A model generated the notes under the pieces. The model did no database searches. It was given only the letters and a program-made list of their open reading frames with translations, and had not been told where the DNA came from. A stretch of 64,000 nt of DNA from Alphaproteobacteria bacterium. GTDB taxonomy: Bacteria; Pseudomonadota; Alphaproteobacteria; Micavibrionales; Micavibrionaceae. The stretch spans positions 3,308-67,307 of the forward strand of contig JAIXWE010000053.1 of assembly GCA_027482195.1 (NCBI GenBank). The letters run 5' to 3'. Positions within the stretch are counted from its first letter, which is position 1. Each line of letters opens with the position of its first letter. A program made the position numbers and the translations under genes. Positions 10,052-19,698 of the stretch are shown here, one piece after another.

Positions 10052-10735
10052 CTATGCTGCCTTTGCTTTATCATTTAAGGATTTGACCACGCGCTCCACC
10101 TGATCATTGTCTGGCGTAACACCCGCGATTTTTTGTGCAATCGATGAAGCGGCCTTGGCGACAATTCCGTCCATCTCTTTCATGATATCGTCATGAATTT
10201 TTTGAAGACGCTGATCTGTCTCTGCGATTTCTTTGTCATGATGGTTATGAAACAGCTGAAGAGCATGGCTGAGGCGTGACTTTGATTCCTCAGCTACGCG
10301 CGTGGCCGCATCATCTGCATCTTGAAGGGCTTTGGTCAACATCGACTCGTAGGCGGATTTTATATCTTCAGCCTGGTGCGATAATGTTTCCGCTTTATCT
10401 AAATAAGATTTGATATGTTCCTCGCGTGAGGAAACAACTTTTTCAATACGTGGTAATGCAAGTTTTCCAAAGAAAATATACATCGCCATGAAAGTCAGGC
10501 CGATCCAGAAAATCTGGTTCGGCCACCATTTGGGGTCAAATTGAGGAAGGCCCGCCGCTTTTTTTGTCAGGGCTTCAACCGGTGTTGTTGTGTCATCGGT
10601 TGACGTGACCAAGGGCGTTTCCGTCTCAACGGATAATGATGGTGCTGTGTCATTCAAGACAGGAGCCGTTTGCGCCCACGCAAAATGCAGCGGGGCACAT
10701 AAAAGGCACAAGGTAATGAAAAGACGCAACGCCAT
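10052..10735 (-). CDS. F0F1 ATP synthase subunit b' with an N-terminal extension of about 65 aa
   Basis: The core LPQFDPKWWPNQIFWIGLTFMAMYIFFGKLALPRIEKVV is the canonical b' N-terminus. It is preceded by a signal-peptide-like segment (MALRLFITLCLLCAPLHFAWAQ). Confidence 0.8.
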   Translation of the reverse strand: MALRLFITLCLLCAPLHFAWAQTAPVLNDTAPSLSVETETPLVTSTDDTTTPVEALTKKAAGLPQFDPKWWPNQIFWIGLTFMAMYIFFGKLALPRIEKVVSSREEHIKSYLDKAETLSHQAEDIKSAYESMLTKALQDADDAATRVAEESKSRLSHALQLFHNHHDKEIAETDQRLQKIHDDIMKEMDGIVAKAASSIAQKIAGVTPDNDQVERVVKSLNDKAKAA

Positions 10736-10753
10736 GTTCCTTATTACCTTTGA

Positions 10754-10978
10754 TTAAGCAAAGATAAGATAGAAAGAAACGAGCAAAGCAAAAATTGCCA
10801 AAGCTTCGGTCAAGGCGAAGGCCAAGAAGTATTTCTTGTCCAAAAACTCAGCGCAAGCAGGGTTACGGCTGACGGCTTCGTTGTAGGAAGAAAAGATGCG
10901 ACCCAAGGCCAAAGCAACCGCAAAAAGCGGGGTAAGGGCAACAACACCAGCAATAATTTTTACAACTTGAATATCCAT
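10754..10978 (-). CDS. atpE: F0F1 ATP synthase subunit c
   Basis: 74-aa two-helix hairpin with the conserved carboxylate helix (AFALTEALAIFALLVSF). Confidence 0.9.
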   Translation of the reverse strand: MDIQVVKIIAGVVALTPLFAVALALGRIFSSYNEAVSRNPACAEFLDKKYFLAFALTEALAIFALLVSFYLIFA

Positions 10979-11017
10979 TTTAATCTCCTTAGTTAGTTAA
11001 AATTCACTTTTTTCTGA

Positions 11018-11764
11018 TCAGTGTGCAAGCTCAACCGTATCTTTCAAATAAATGCAGGTGAGAATTGCAAACACATATGCCTGAAGATAGGCAATCAGAA
11101 ACTCAAATGCGATCAACAAAACATTGAACAAGGTTGGTAAAATGCCGAAGGCAACTCCAATTGTTCCCATTGATGCAAAAGTTAAACAAAATCCTGCAAT
11201 GACTTTTAGCAAAATGTGACCCGCCAGCATGTTCCCAAACAAACGAACAGCCAATGTCACAGGACGCACAAAGAACGAAACGATTTCAAGAGGAAGAATG
11301 ATGGGTGCAAGAAAAAGCGGCGTGCCTGGCGGAAAAAATAAGCTAAAGAAATGTGTGCCGTGTTTCATGAAACCGAATGTCAAAACACACAACATGACAA
11401 AAGTGGCCATCGCAAAATTGACAGCCAACTGCGCCGTGAACGTAAATGAGAAAGGCACAAGCCCCAAGGCGTTGCCCAAAAACACAGTCATAAACACCGT
11501 GAAGACAAGCGGAAAATATTCAAACCCTTTTGTCCCGATATTTTCACGCACCATGTTGGCGATAAATTCATACAAGGTTTCCGCAAAAGCTTGAAGGCGT
11601 GTGGGCACCAATTCCATGCGGCGTGTGGCAATTGTAAAAAATATGACGGAAACGGCAAAAGTGATCATCATCCAAAGGGATGAATTTGTGAAGGAGAGAT
11701 CTAAGCCCGCGACCTCAAGAGGGATAAGCGGTGTGATCTGAAATTGCTTTAAAGGATCGGCCAT
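11018..11764 (-). CDS. atpB: F0F1 ATP synthase subunit a
   Basis: Polytopic membrane protein with LAVRLFGNMLAGH (essential Arg). The start is set at the internal Met (MADPLKQF); the longer ORF runs back to 11854. Confidence 0.9.
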   Translation of the reverse strand: MADPLKQFQITPLIPLEVAGLDLSFTNSSLWMMITFAVSVIFFTIATRRMELVPTRLQAFAETLYEFIANMVRENIGTKGFEYFPLVFTVFMTVFLGNALGLVPFSFTFTAQLAVNFAMATFVMLCVLTFGFMKHGTHFFSLFFPPGTPLFLAPIILPLEIVSFFVRPVTLAVRLFGNMLAGHILLKVIAGFCLTFASMGTIGVAFGILPTLFNVLLIAFEFLIAYLQAYVFAILTCIYLKDTVELAH

Positions 11765-11783
11765 TTTTATGCCCTGTAAAAAG

Positions 11784-12140
11784 TTAAGGTCGGTCCATAT
11801 CAATGGGCGCAGTATTAGCGTTTTTTTGTCCTGTTTGCAACTGTTGAAATCCACTGGAAATCGACATGTTATTCATGACCCGCCAGACATTATAAAAACC
11901 CGTAAAAATGCCCAAAAAAAGCATAATCATAAAGCCAAAAGGCCGTGTATCAAAGATATGGTCAATGCCGAAACCGACCGCTCCGCTGGCTAAAATTGCG
12001 GCAATAAGCTCAACCCCGGCGCGCAGGCCTTGATTCTGGTTTTGTGCATCATTTTCACGGGTCTGGCTTTCGGAGAGGCCACCGGAAGATTTAGCGGCTT
12101 CAAGGCGCGCTCGAATATCTTCGATTTCCGGCCCGGTCAT
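11784..12140 (-). CDS. atpI: ATP synthase protein I (AtpI/AtpZ-like)
   Basis: 118-aa two-TM protein immediately upstream of atpB. Its start shares one base with the smc stop (TGATG). Confidence 0.6.
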   Translation of the reverse strand: MTGPEIEDIRARLEAAKSSGGLSESQTRENDAQNQNQGLRAGVELIAAILASGAVGFGIDHIFDTRPFGFMIMLFLGIFTGFYNVWRVMNNMSISSGFQQLQTGQKNANTAPIDMDRP

Positions 12141-15100
12141 CAGGCGGCTTCTTCAAGAAAATCGAATTTTTGCTGTAAATCAACCGACACCAATTGTGAC
12201 ACGCCGCGCTCTGCCATCGTGACACCATAAAGCCTGTTCATGCGCGCCATGGTGAGGCGGTGGTGGGTAATGATAATAAAGCGTGTTTTACATTGTTGCA
12301 CAATCTCTTCTAACAAGGTGCATACGCGATCAACGTTTGCATCATCAAGTGGCGCATCAATCTCGTCTAAAATACAGACAGGCGCGGGGTTGGTGAGGAA
12401 CATCGCGAAAATTAATGCCGTGGAGGCCAATGTTTTTTCACCACCCGATAGCAAAGAAAGTGACTGCAAAGATTTGCCGGGGGGCTGGGCATAAATTTCA
12501 AGTGACGCTTCAAGAGGATCATCAGATTCAATGAATGCCAAATGCGCAGATCCACCACCGAAAAGACGCGTAAACAAAACTTGGAAATGTTGATTGACGG
12601 TTTCAAACGCATTCATGAGACGCTCACGCGCCTCACGGTTCAATTTTTGGATGCCACCACGCAGTTCTTCGATCGCAGCAATTAAATCATTGCGCTCTTC
12701 GAGTAATTTTCCGGCTTGTTGCTCAATCTCCTGAGCCTCGACATCGGCGCGTAAATTCACAGGGCCCATGCCGTCACGTTCACGCACCAAGCGATCACGT
12801 TTTCCGCGCAGGCGATCAATTGGCTCTGCTTCCAACTTTTCACGGGTCATTGCGGATTGTTCCCACAAATCTTCCGGCGTGGTTACAAATTGGTCATGAA
12901 TGGATTGGCGCATAATCTCAATCGACCCAGAGGCAGATTCAAATTGTGCCATTGATTTTGCGCGTTGCTCGCGCTGATCCATCAAATTATTTTCGGCCGC
13001 CTTTAAGGCCTTTGTTGTTGCGTCCAGCTCCGCCTCAACCGAGGCTAATTTATCGGCCGCCGCATTTTTTGCGTTCTCAAGGCTTGCCAAAGCATCAAGA
13101 AGATTTTCACGAAGAATATTAATTTCCTTCGGGCGTTGTTTCAATTCTTCAAGCCGGGTTTTGGTTTGATTTTCGCGTTCCTCAAGTTGCTTGATCCGCT
13201 CGCGTGCACGAATGATGCGGTTTTGCAAATTGACACGTTCATCCGCGATATAACGCAAACGCGCATTGCGGCGTGATTGGTTTTGCTGAAAAATTTCAAG
13301 CTCGGTCGATGCAGATTGAAATTCCTCTTGTGCTTGTTTTAAATGAGCGCGACGTTGTTCAACATCATCTGTTTGACGTTGTGTGGAATCCTCATCAAAG
13401 CTTGAGAGCGAAGTGCGATGTGTTTGCACCGCGTCTTCAAGGCGCGCTTGATCGTCTTGTAACATCGCCAAATTTTCTTCAAGCTTGGCGAGCTCAGATT
13501 CAGAAGCAGAGCGCTTTTCAATTGTACGTTGAAGCTCAATACGCTTTACGTTTAATACGCGGTCCAATTCCCGCAAGGAATTTTCACATTTTTGAACCGC
13601 GTCACGCGCGTGGGTTAACTCAGATTGTGCAGTTTCAAGTGTTGATTCTGCGTGCGCAAACTCAGATTGCAATTGAGGCAATTGCGCATTCAAATCATCA
13701 TAACGGTTACGATTTTTAAGACGCATGGCGTTACGATCAACGGCTTCCGCCTTTAAACGCAATCCATCCCACCGCCAATAAGCCCCCGTGCGTGAAACAA
13801 TTGATTGCCCGGGTTTAAGATTTTGTGAAGCCGCATCGCCATCGGAATCCGTTTCAACATACCCGATAAAACCCAAGGCTGTTTTTAAAACATCTGGTGC
13901 ATTTACGTGTGGGATGAGAGGTTTTGCGGGTGCGGGAAGCTCAGGAATTTCGCGCACAGTCGCATGTGACCAAAACATCGCGGCCAGTGGGTCAGTGGAC
14001 GCGGTAAGCGTATCACCCAAGGCTTTTGATAAAGCGGTTTCAAAACCTTCGTCTGCCTTGATATCATCCAAGACTGGTCTGAAACCATCTTGTGATTCCG
14101 CTTTTAAAATTGTCTCTAATGTCTGGATTTCAGTTTGAAGTTTCGTGAGTTTTTCACGTGCAGATTGATGAAGTGTGCGGCTTTGTTCGACGTTGTGTTG
14201 CGCGGTGTCGTAAGTTGCACGCAAATTTTGTTCATCATCACGAATTTTTGTTTGTGATGTTTCCAAATTTTCAATCGCCTGTTGAAGTTCAGTGATGGGC
14301 AAAGACTCTGCTTGTTCCGCGCGGCGTTGCGAAATTTTTATTTTCAAATCATCGAGGCGCGCGCGGATTGAGCTTAGCCGGCTTTCGTCTTGGCTCAATT
14401 GATTTTGCAAGGTCGCGCGTGAAGCTTTGATATTTGCCGCTTGCTCCAAGGCTTGTTGGTAAAGCTCTTGGGCAACGCTTGCTTTTTCTTGAGCGTTTTG
14501 CTTGGCGGATGATAGCCGCTCAAGCTCATCATCAGATTGCGCGTTGATATTTAATTCTTCGGCCTCAGTTTCCAATTGTGCCAAAGTTTTACTATTTTCT
14601 TGGGCGCTTTGTTCTTCATGGGCGCGGTCGGAAACAGATTGGTTTAAAACTTCTGTGGCATCATGAATTTCTTTGCTAATGCGTGCTTCTTCGTCATCCA
14701 AGCGGCGCATTTCAAAATTTTGTGCTTGCCATGCGGCGGCCGTTTCGGCTTGCTTTTCACGAAGAGGGGGCAGCTCCGCACTTTGCGTTAAATGCGTGTT
14801 GGTGAGTTGCGCCACGGTCGCCATGTGTTCGGCAACCAAAAGCTCCGCTTCGCGTTGCGCTTTTTCAGCCGATGCTTTTGTATCTTGCGTGTGCATCCAC
14901 TCGGCCAAAGCGAGAAGAACTTCCAACTGGCGAATATTTTCCGATATATCTTTGTAACGCTTTGCTTGGCGGCTTTGGCGTTTGAGGCTGTCGAGTTGTG
15001 AATCTAAATTCGCAACAATATCTTGAAGGCGCGCAAGGTTGTTATCAGCGGCGCGCAGGCGCAATTCCGCTTCATGACGGCGCACATAAAGACCCGAAAC

Positions 15101-15610
15101 ACCCGCGGACTCTTCCAAAATTTGACGGCGCTCGGCAGGCTTTGCGTTAATAACGGCGGCAATACGTCCTTGTGAGACGATGGCCGTGGAATGTGCGCCA
15201 ATACCCATATCCGCAAATAACATTTGCACATCACGCGCGCGCACAGTCTTGCCATTGACGCTGTAGCTTGAGCCCATATCGCGCTCAATGCGTCTTACAA
15301 CTTCAATCTCATCGGTGGTATTAAAAATGGCGGGGGCGGTACGCTGCGTGTTATCCAGCACCAAAGAAACTTCCGCCGCGTTGCGCGCGGGGCGGGTTGA
15401 TGTTCCATTGAAAATGACATCATCCATACCTGTGCCGCGCAAACGCTTGGCCGAGGTTTCACCCATGACCCAGCTTAAAGCTTCCACCAGGTTGGATTTA
15501 CCACAACCATTCGGGCCAACAACGCCGGTGAGTCCCGGGCCAATATCCAAATCCGTCCGATCAACGAACGATTTAAAACCTTGCAAACGCAGTCGTGAAA
15601 AATTAGCCAT
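12140..15610 (-). CDS. smc: Chromosome segregation protein SMC
   Basis: Walker A GPNGCGKSN at the N-terminus, long coiled coils, signature LSGGEKTL and Walker B CILDEIDAPLD at the C-terminus. Confidence 0.95.
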   Translation of the reverse strand: MANFSRLRLQGFKSFVDRTDLDIGPGLTGVVGPNGCGKSNLVEALSWVMGETSAKRLRGTGMDDVIFNGTSTRPARNAAEVSLVLDNTQRTAPAIFNTTDEIEVVRRIERDMGSSYSVNGKTVRARDVQMLFADMGIGAHSTAIVSQGRIAAVINAKPAERRQILEESAGVSGLYVRRHEAELRLRAADNNLARLQDIVANLDSQLDSLKRQSRQAKRYKDISENIRQLEVLLALAEWMHTQDTKASAEKAQREAELLVAEHMATVAQLTNTHLTQSAELPPLREKQAETAAAWQAQNFEMRRLDDEEARISKEIHDATEVLNQSVSDRAHEEQSAQENSKTLAQLETEAEELNINAQSDDELERLSSAKQNAQEKASVAQELYQQALEQAANIKASRATLQNQLSQDESRLSSIRARLDDLKIKISQRRAEQAESLPITELQQAIENLETSQTKIRDDEQNLRATYDTAQHNVEQSRTLHQSAREKLTKLQTEIQTLETILKAESQDGFRPVLDDIKADEGFETALSKALGDTLTASTDPLAAMFWSHATVREIPELPAPAKPLIPHVNAPDVLKTALGFIGYVETDSDGDAASQNLKPGQSIVSRTGAYWRWDGLRLKAEAVDRNAMRLKNRNRYDDLNAQLPQLQSEFAHAESTLETAQSELTHARDAVQKCENSLRELDRVLNVKRIELQRTIEKRSASESELAKLEENLAMLQDDQARLEDAVQTHRTSLSSFDEDSTQRQTDDVEQRRAHLKQAQEEFQSASTELEIFQQNQSRRNARLRYIADERVNLQNRIIRARERIKQLEERENQTKTRLEELKQRPKEINILRENLLDALASLENAKNAAADKLASVEAELDATTKALKAAENNLMDQREQRAKSMAQFESASGSIEIMRQSIHDQFVTTPEDLWEQSAMTREKLEAEPIDRLRGKRDRLVRERDGMGPVNLRADVEAQEIEQQAGKLLEERNDLIAAIEELRGGIQKLNREARERLMNAFETVNQHFQVLFTRLFGGGSAHLAFIESDDPLEASLEIYAQPPGKSLQSLSLLSGGEKTLASTALIFAMFLTNPAPVCILDEIDAPLDDANVDRVCTLLEEIVQQCKTRFIIITHHRLTMARMNRLYGVTMAERGVSQLVSVDLQQKFDFLEEAA

Positions 15611-15612
15611 GA

Positions 15613-16518
15613 TTAAGGTGTCGTGCTCGCTGGCGCAGAGGTTGTTTCAGGAGCGGCAGCAGGAGTGGTCGTGGTCGGTGCAGGTGCGGCAGTGCCCTCA
15701 AGCTCCGCAATCACTTTTTCAAACTCCGTCAAAGGTTGATTGCCAATCAAAACTTTTGCGCCATCATTGAAAACAAATGAAGGGGTTGATTGAATTTTAT
15801 GTTTCAACGACGCGGCTTGCATATTCCCGACAATGCGTTTTCTTAAGATGTCATTTGCTAAACAGCTATCAAACTCTTCCGGTGACATGCCGGCCAAAGT
15901 TGCGTTTTGCTTTAAAAACTCCTGATAATTCGGAGCAAACGCCCATTTTTCCTGTTCTGCGAACAACAGTGACATAAAGCTTTCATATTTATCAACTGGC
16001 ATGCAGCGCAAAATCATCGAAGCATCAATTGCCGGTTGGTTTAATGGAAATTCTTTGAAGGTCAGTTGAACACGTCCCGTATCAATAAATTTCTTTTTGA
16101 ATTCAGGTAGTGAAGTTTTGTGAAATGTCGCGCAATGCCCACAGGTGAGCGAGCTGAACTCTGTAATCTTGACCGGAGCATTTTCATTTCCAATTGTGCG
16201 CGGTGCCATCATAAGATCGACTTTAGGGTCGGATGGTGCTTGCGGTACATCAGCCTCATTCATTGGCTCTGTCGCCGTTTGTGCCATCTCTAATGTTTTT
16301 GTGGGGACAACAACATTATTTTCTACTTGGGGTTCTGTTGGTGCTTGAGCTTCCGGAGTTGCGGGAGCGGTTTCAGTGACAGCAGGCGGTGCAGGCGGCA
16401 CATCTGATTTCTTGGCCAACAATGCGTATCCACCAATTCCAATGACGATCAAAGCGGCCACAATTGCGACGAGGCCAAAGGGGGATTTTTTCTTTTCACC
16501 AATATAATCATCAGACAT
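15613..16518 (-). CDS. DsbA-family thiol:disulfide oxidoreductase, membrane-anchored
   Basis: It has an N-terminal TM helix, a Pro/Ala/Thr-rich linker and a thioredoxin fold with the CGHC active site. Confidence 0.8.
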   Translation of the reverse strand: MSDDYIGEKKKSPFGLVAIVAALIVIGIGGYALLAKKSDVPPAPPAVTETAPATPEAQAPTEPQVENNVVVPTKTLEMAQTATEPMNEADVPQAPSDPKVDLMMAPRTIGNENAPVKITEFSSLTCGHCATFHKTSLPEFKKKFIDTGRVQLTFKEFPLNQPAIDASMILRCMPVDKYESFMSLLFAEQEKWAFAPNYQEFLKQNATLAGMSPEEFDSCLANDILRKRIVGNMQAASLKHKIQSTPSFVFNDGAKVLIGNQPLTEFEKVIAELEGTAAPAPTTTTPAAAPETTSAPASTTP

Positions 16519-16680
16519 GAGACACCTGCTGTGTAAGAATTATTTTCATAATTCGTGATTGTTATAAACATATTTTGTGTGTGGAGGCAGTGTAAGGAAA
16601 AACAGGGTCAAATTTCAAATAAAACCTTTCACGGATAGGTTTTATCCACATATAAGCTCTGAAAAAAAGCGTTTAAGTGA

Positions 16681-17850
16681 TTATTTTATAACCAAAAGAT
16701 CGACGCGGTCTGCGGGAGTTTCCCGTGTGTTGGCTCCCATGGCGCGCACATCCATGCGCCCTGATTCGATTCCTTGCTGTAAAAACCAGCTTCGGACCGA
16801 TAATCCGCGTGCGAGAGAGGTACGGCGTGCCGCCGATTGCCCGTCACTCGATTTGCCCGAGGCATAGGCAAGAATTTGCAAACGTGTTTTTTTATCAGCT
16901 TGAAGCTTGGGAAGAACGTCACTGCGCAAAATGGCTTCCTGATTTCTTTGAAGATCGGTCAACGCCGATGAAAATGCCACAGTCACAAGCGGCAAAGGAA
17001 TGGGAAGTGTTGGGCGTTGTTCCACGCTGGGTGGTGTAACACGCAACACGGATTTGCCGGACGCGGCACCGGGCGGTGCGACTTTTTTCGCGACATCATC
17101 CGCATCCGCTTCAACAAGATGATTTTGAATAGATTGATCAATGATTTTTTCAGACGGGCTGGGTGACGGAGCTTGGGGCGCGGAAGGAAGAGGGGGCAAG
17201 ACCTCTTGATCAACCGGGCGTGTGCGCGCCGCAGAAATTTTGGGTGCTGGTGAAGATGTTTTTTTCGGCGCAGGCTTTTCAACTTTTTCTTTTGGGGATT
17301 CTGTTTTGCGACTTGTGTTCGCTTTGGGTATTTCTGACTTTTTTGCCGGTTCCGCTTTTTTCTTAAGTTCCGTTGTCTTGGCTTTTGCGGGTGCTTCGGC
17401 GCGTTTCGTGGGGGGCGCAGGTGGTGCGATAAAGGCAGGTGGTTGTGCGGCTTCAACCGGTGTTGTCGGCACAACCGGCACAGCCACCGCGCGATCAGGC
17501 GTGGGGACGACAGTCACAGGATGTTGCAAAAGAGTCTCGGCCGAGGGCATTTGCGCCTTATTTACTTGATTAATCTGATTAACCGGGGGCGGCGTTGGTG
17601 GTTCTGGTTGAGGCTTAGGCTGAGCCTGTTGCGGCTGAGCTTGAACCTGAGGTTGAACGGGCGGTGTAAAAGCAGGGGGCGGAGGAATAATTTCCGCCGG
17701 GGGTGGTGGTGCGCCAAACATAGGAGGGGGCGAATAATTTTTCAGCTCCTGCAATTCACGTTGGCTTTGTTGCGCCAACGCAGGTGTCATCATAACACCA
17801 AAAGCGCACAGGCTATTGAGAGTCAGCCAAAAGATTTTTGATCGTGTCAT
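16681..17850 (-). CDS. Proline-rich OmpA-like C-terminal domain protein
   Basis: From the internal Met there is a signal peptide (MTRSKIFWLTLNSLCAFGVMMTPALA), then a long Pro/Gln/Ala/Lys-rich region. The C-terminus (LQILAYASGKS...SLARGLSVRSWFLQQGI...RMDVRAMG) resembles an OmpA/MotB peptidoglycan-binding domain. The gene overlaps the suhB 3' end. Confidence 0.6.
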   Translation of the reverse strand: MTRSKIFWLTLNSLCAFGVMMTPALAQQSQRELQELKNYSPPPMFGAPPPPAEIIPPPPAFTPPVQPQVQAQPQQAQPKPQPEPPTPPPVNQINQVNKAQMPSAETLLQHPVTVVPTPDRAVAVPVVPTTPVEAAQPPAFIAPPAPPTKRAEAPAKAKTTELKKKAEPAKKSEIPKANTSRKTESPKEKVEKPAPKKTSSPAPKISAARTRPVDQEVLPPLPSAPQAPSPSPSEKIIDQSIQNHLVEADADDVAKKVAPPGAASGKSVLRVTPPSVEQRPTLPIPLPLVTVAFSSALTDLQRNQEAILRSDVLPKLQADKKTRLQILAYASGKSSDGQSAARRTSLARGLSVRSWFLQQGIESGRMDVRAMGANTRETPADRVDLLVIK

Positions 17851-18607
17851 GCAATACCAAATTTGTTGCCAAAGGCATGTCGGAGTAAACGGGGTTTGCA
17901 TCGCCCGCCAATGAGATTATTTTACCGCCGGCTTCACGCACAATTAAACAACCTGCGGCAATATCCCATGGCTTGATGCCGCCTTCCCAAAAACCTTCAT
18001 AACGCCCCGCCGCCACATAGCATAAATCAAGGGCCGCGGCCCCCATACGACGAAAACCGGATGTTTGTGCAATAATACGGCTTATTTTGTTGAGCAATTC
18101 TTTTTGATCATCAACCGTACGGCGTGCCGCATCTCCACCGGCAATAAGTGCGGTGCTTAAATCCGCACGGGATGAAACGCGCAAGCGTTTTTGATCCATG
18201 AACGCGCCCGTGCCTTTTTCAGCCGTGAATGTTTCCTGGCGGACAGGATCCATGACAAGAGCCGAGATAATCTCACCCTTGCGCTCAAGTGCGATCGAAA
18301 TACACCAATGTGGAATGCCGTGTAAAAAATTATTGGTGCCATCAAGCGGATCAATAATAAAACGATGTTCACCATCGGTGCCTTTTAATTCGCCGGACTC
18401 TTCCATTAAAAAACCGAATGAAGAACGTGCTTTTGATAATTCCTCATAAATAATTTTCTCTGCGCGCTTATCGGCGGCTGAGACGAAATCAGCGGGGCCT
18501 TTGCGCGACACTTGAAGCTGTTCCACCTCGCCAAAATCACGGAGCAAAGATCGCGCCGCTTTTTCTGCGGCTTTCAACATGACATTTAAGTTTGCAGAGG
18601 GCTGCAT
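17813..18607 (-). CDS. suhB: Inositol monophosphatase family protein
   Basis: IMPase motifs IIDPLDGTNNF and WDIAAG. Confidence 0.9.
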   Translation of the reverse strand: MQPSANLNVMLKAAEKAARSLLRDFGEVEQLQVSRKGPADFVSAADKRAEKIIYEELSKARSSFGFLMEESGELKGTDGEHRFIIDPLDGTNNFLHGIPHWCISIALERKGEIISALVMDPVRQETFTAEKGTGAFMDQKRLRVSSRADLSTALIAGGDAARRTVDDQKELLNKISRIIAQTSGFRRMGAAALDLCYVAAGRYEGFWEGGIKPWDIAAGCLIVREAGGKIISLAGDANPVYSDMPLATNLVLHDTIKNLLADSQ

Positions 18608-18612
18608 GAGGG

Positions 18613-19182
18613 TTAATCCTTAAAGCGTTCAACGTAAGAGGCGTCTTCGGTTCTTACCACAATTTTTGTTCCTGTCTCGATGTGTGGTGGAACCATCGTA
18701 CGCAAACCATTATCAAGTATGGCGGGTTTATAAGAGGATGATGCCGTTTGTCCTTTGACCACAGGTTCGGCTTCAACAACCTCGCAAACAACAGTATCGG
18801 GGAGTTCGACACCCAACGGTGTGCCTTCATGAGTCTCAATAATAACTTGCATGCCTTCTTTCAAAAATTCCACACCCGGAGAGCCGATAATTTCTGATGG
18901 CACATTCAGTTGCTCAAAATTCGATTGATTCATGAACGTGTAATTTTCACCATCATTGAAAAGATATTGATAGTCGTCTTGCTCCAAACGCGCGCGCTCA
19001 ACCACTTCTTGGGTGCGAAAGCGCACATTGTCTTTCGTGCCGGATTTCACATCGCGCATTTCAACTTGAATAACAGAAGCTCCCTTACCGGGCTGCATGA
19101 TCTCGGAGTGGGTCACGGCCCACAACTTTCCGTTATAATCAATGACATGACCTTTGCGCAGGGTGATCGCATTTACTTTCAT
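18613..19182 (-). CDS. efp: Elongation factor P
   Basis: 189 aa with the conserved loop MQPGKGASVIQVEMRD. Confidence 0.95.
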   Translation of the reverse strand: MKVNAITLRKGHVIDYNGKLWAVTHSEIMQPGKGASVIQVEMRDVKSGTKDNVRFRTQEVVERARLEQDDYQYLFNDGENYTFMNQSNFEQLNVPSEIIGSPGVEFLKEGMQVIIETHEGTPLGVELPDTVVCEVVEAEPVVKGQTASSSYKPAILDNGLRTMVPPHIETGTKIVVRTEDASYVERFKD

Positions 19183-19207
19183 ATTATGGAATTCCTTAGT
19201 TGGATTT

Positions 19208-19675
19208 TTATTTCGTACTTGGCTTTCTTAATATGCCTTGTGCAATCTTTTCAAGCCGTTTTCTTAAATCAGGATCTGTGACTTCGGCCATCATCTCAGA
19301 AAGCCTTTCAATATCGACGTTTTTATCCGGCGTTCTTATGTTGGGGGCGGAGGATTGTTGCACATTATCATGGATGAATTTGATGTCTTTCACAAAATTC
19401 TCACCAAAAACTTGATTGAGTCGCTCAAGAATCAAACCTTTTTGATAATGAAGAACGGTGGAATCCGCACTGCTTGCGGCAATATCTAAAAGCGCGTGCG
19501 CTTTTTCGCCTTCCTTTTTTGGCTTGCGGTAATGCACTTTAAGGGGCTGTGTTTTTGAGGCCATCTCAGGACCCATGACAAAATCCCAATGACTTAAAAC
19601 GCGCGACAAAGACACGAATTTTTTTGCAAAAAAATCCTGTGTGAGTTTTGAAACGGAATCAGAAGCCAAGCGCAT
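19208..19675 (-). CDS. DUF721 (DciA-like) domain protein
   Basis: Its size and its position divergent from mutY match the DUF721 protein commonly found there in Alphaproteobacteria. The N-terminal region (LSRVLSHWDFVMGPEMA) fits that family as I recall it. Confidence 0.5.
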   Translation of the reverse strand: MRLASDSVSKLTQDFFAKKFVSLSRVLSHWDFVMGPEMASKTQPLKVHYRKPKKEGEKAHALLDIAASSADSTVLHYQKGLILERLNQVFGENFVKDIKFIHDNVQQSSAPNIRTPDKNVDIERLSEMMAEVTDPDLRKRLEKIAQGILRKPSTK

Positions 19676-19698
19676 GATTTTATTCTATAACCTAATTT

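Noticed and set aside
13273-13719. 148-aa antisense ORF inside smc. Similar antisense ORFs occur inside tolQ (125-532), atpB (11229-11594), the RNase J-like gene (38592-38960) and others.
   Set aside because: Each lies fully inside a well-supported gene on the other strand. None has a recognisable motif or ribosome-binding context.
16621-16643. Hairpin AAAACCT-N9-AGGTTTT downstream of the OmpA-like gene as a terminator.
   Set aside because: The stem is a 7-bp AT-rich stem with a 9-nt loop and only a weak T tract, which is too marginal to annotate.
16983-17841. ORFs of 115-163 aa in alternative frames of the proline-rich OmpA-like gene.
   Set aside because: This is the same artefact of repetitive CCN/GCN-rich coding sequence. 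The frame with a signal peptide and an OmpA-like C-terminus is the coherent one.
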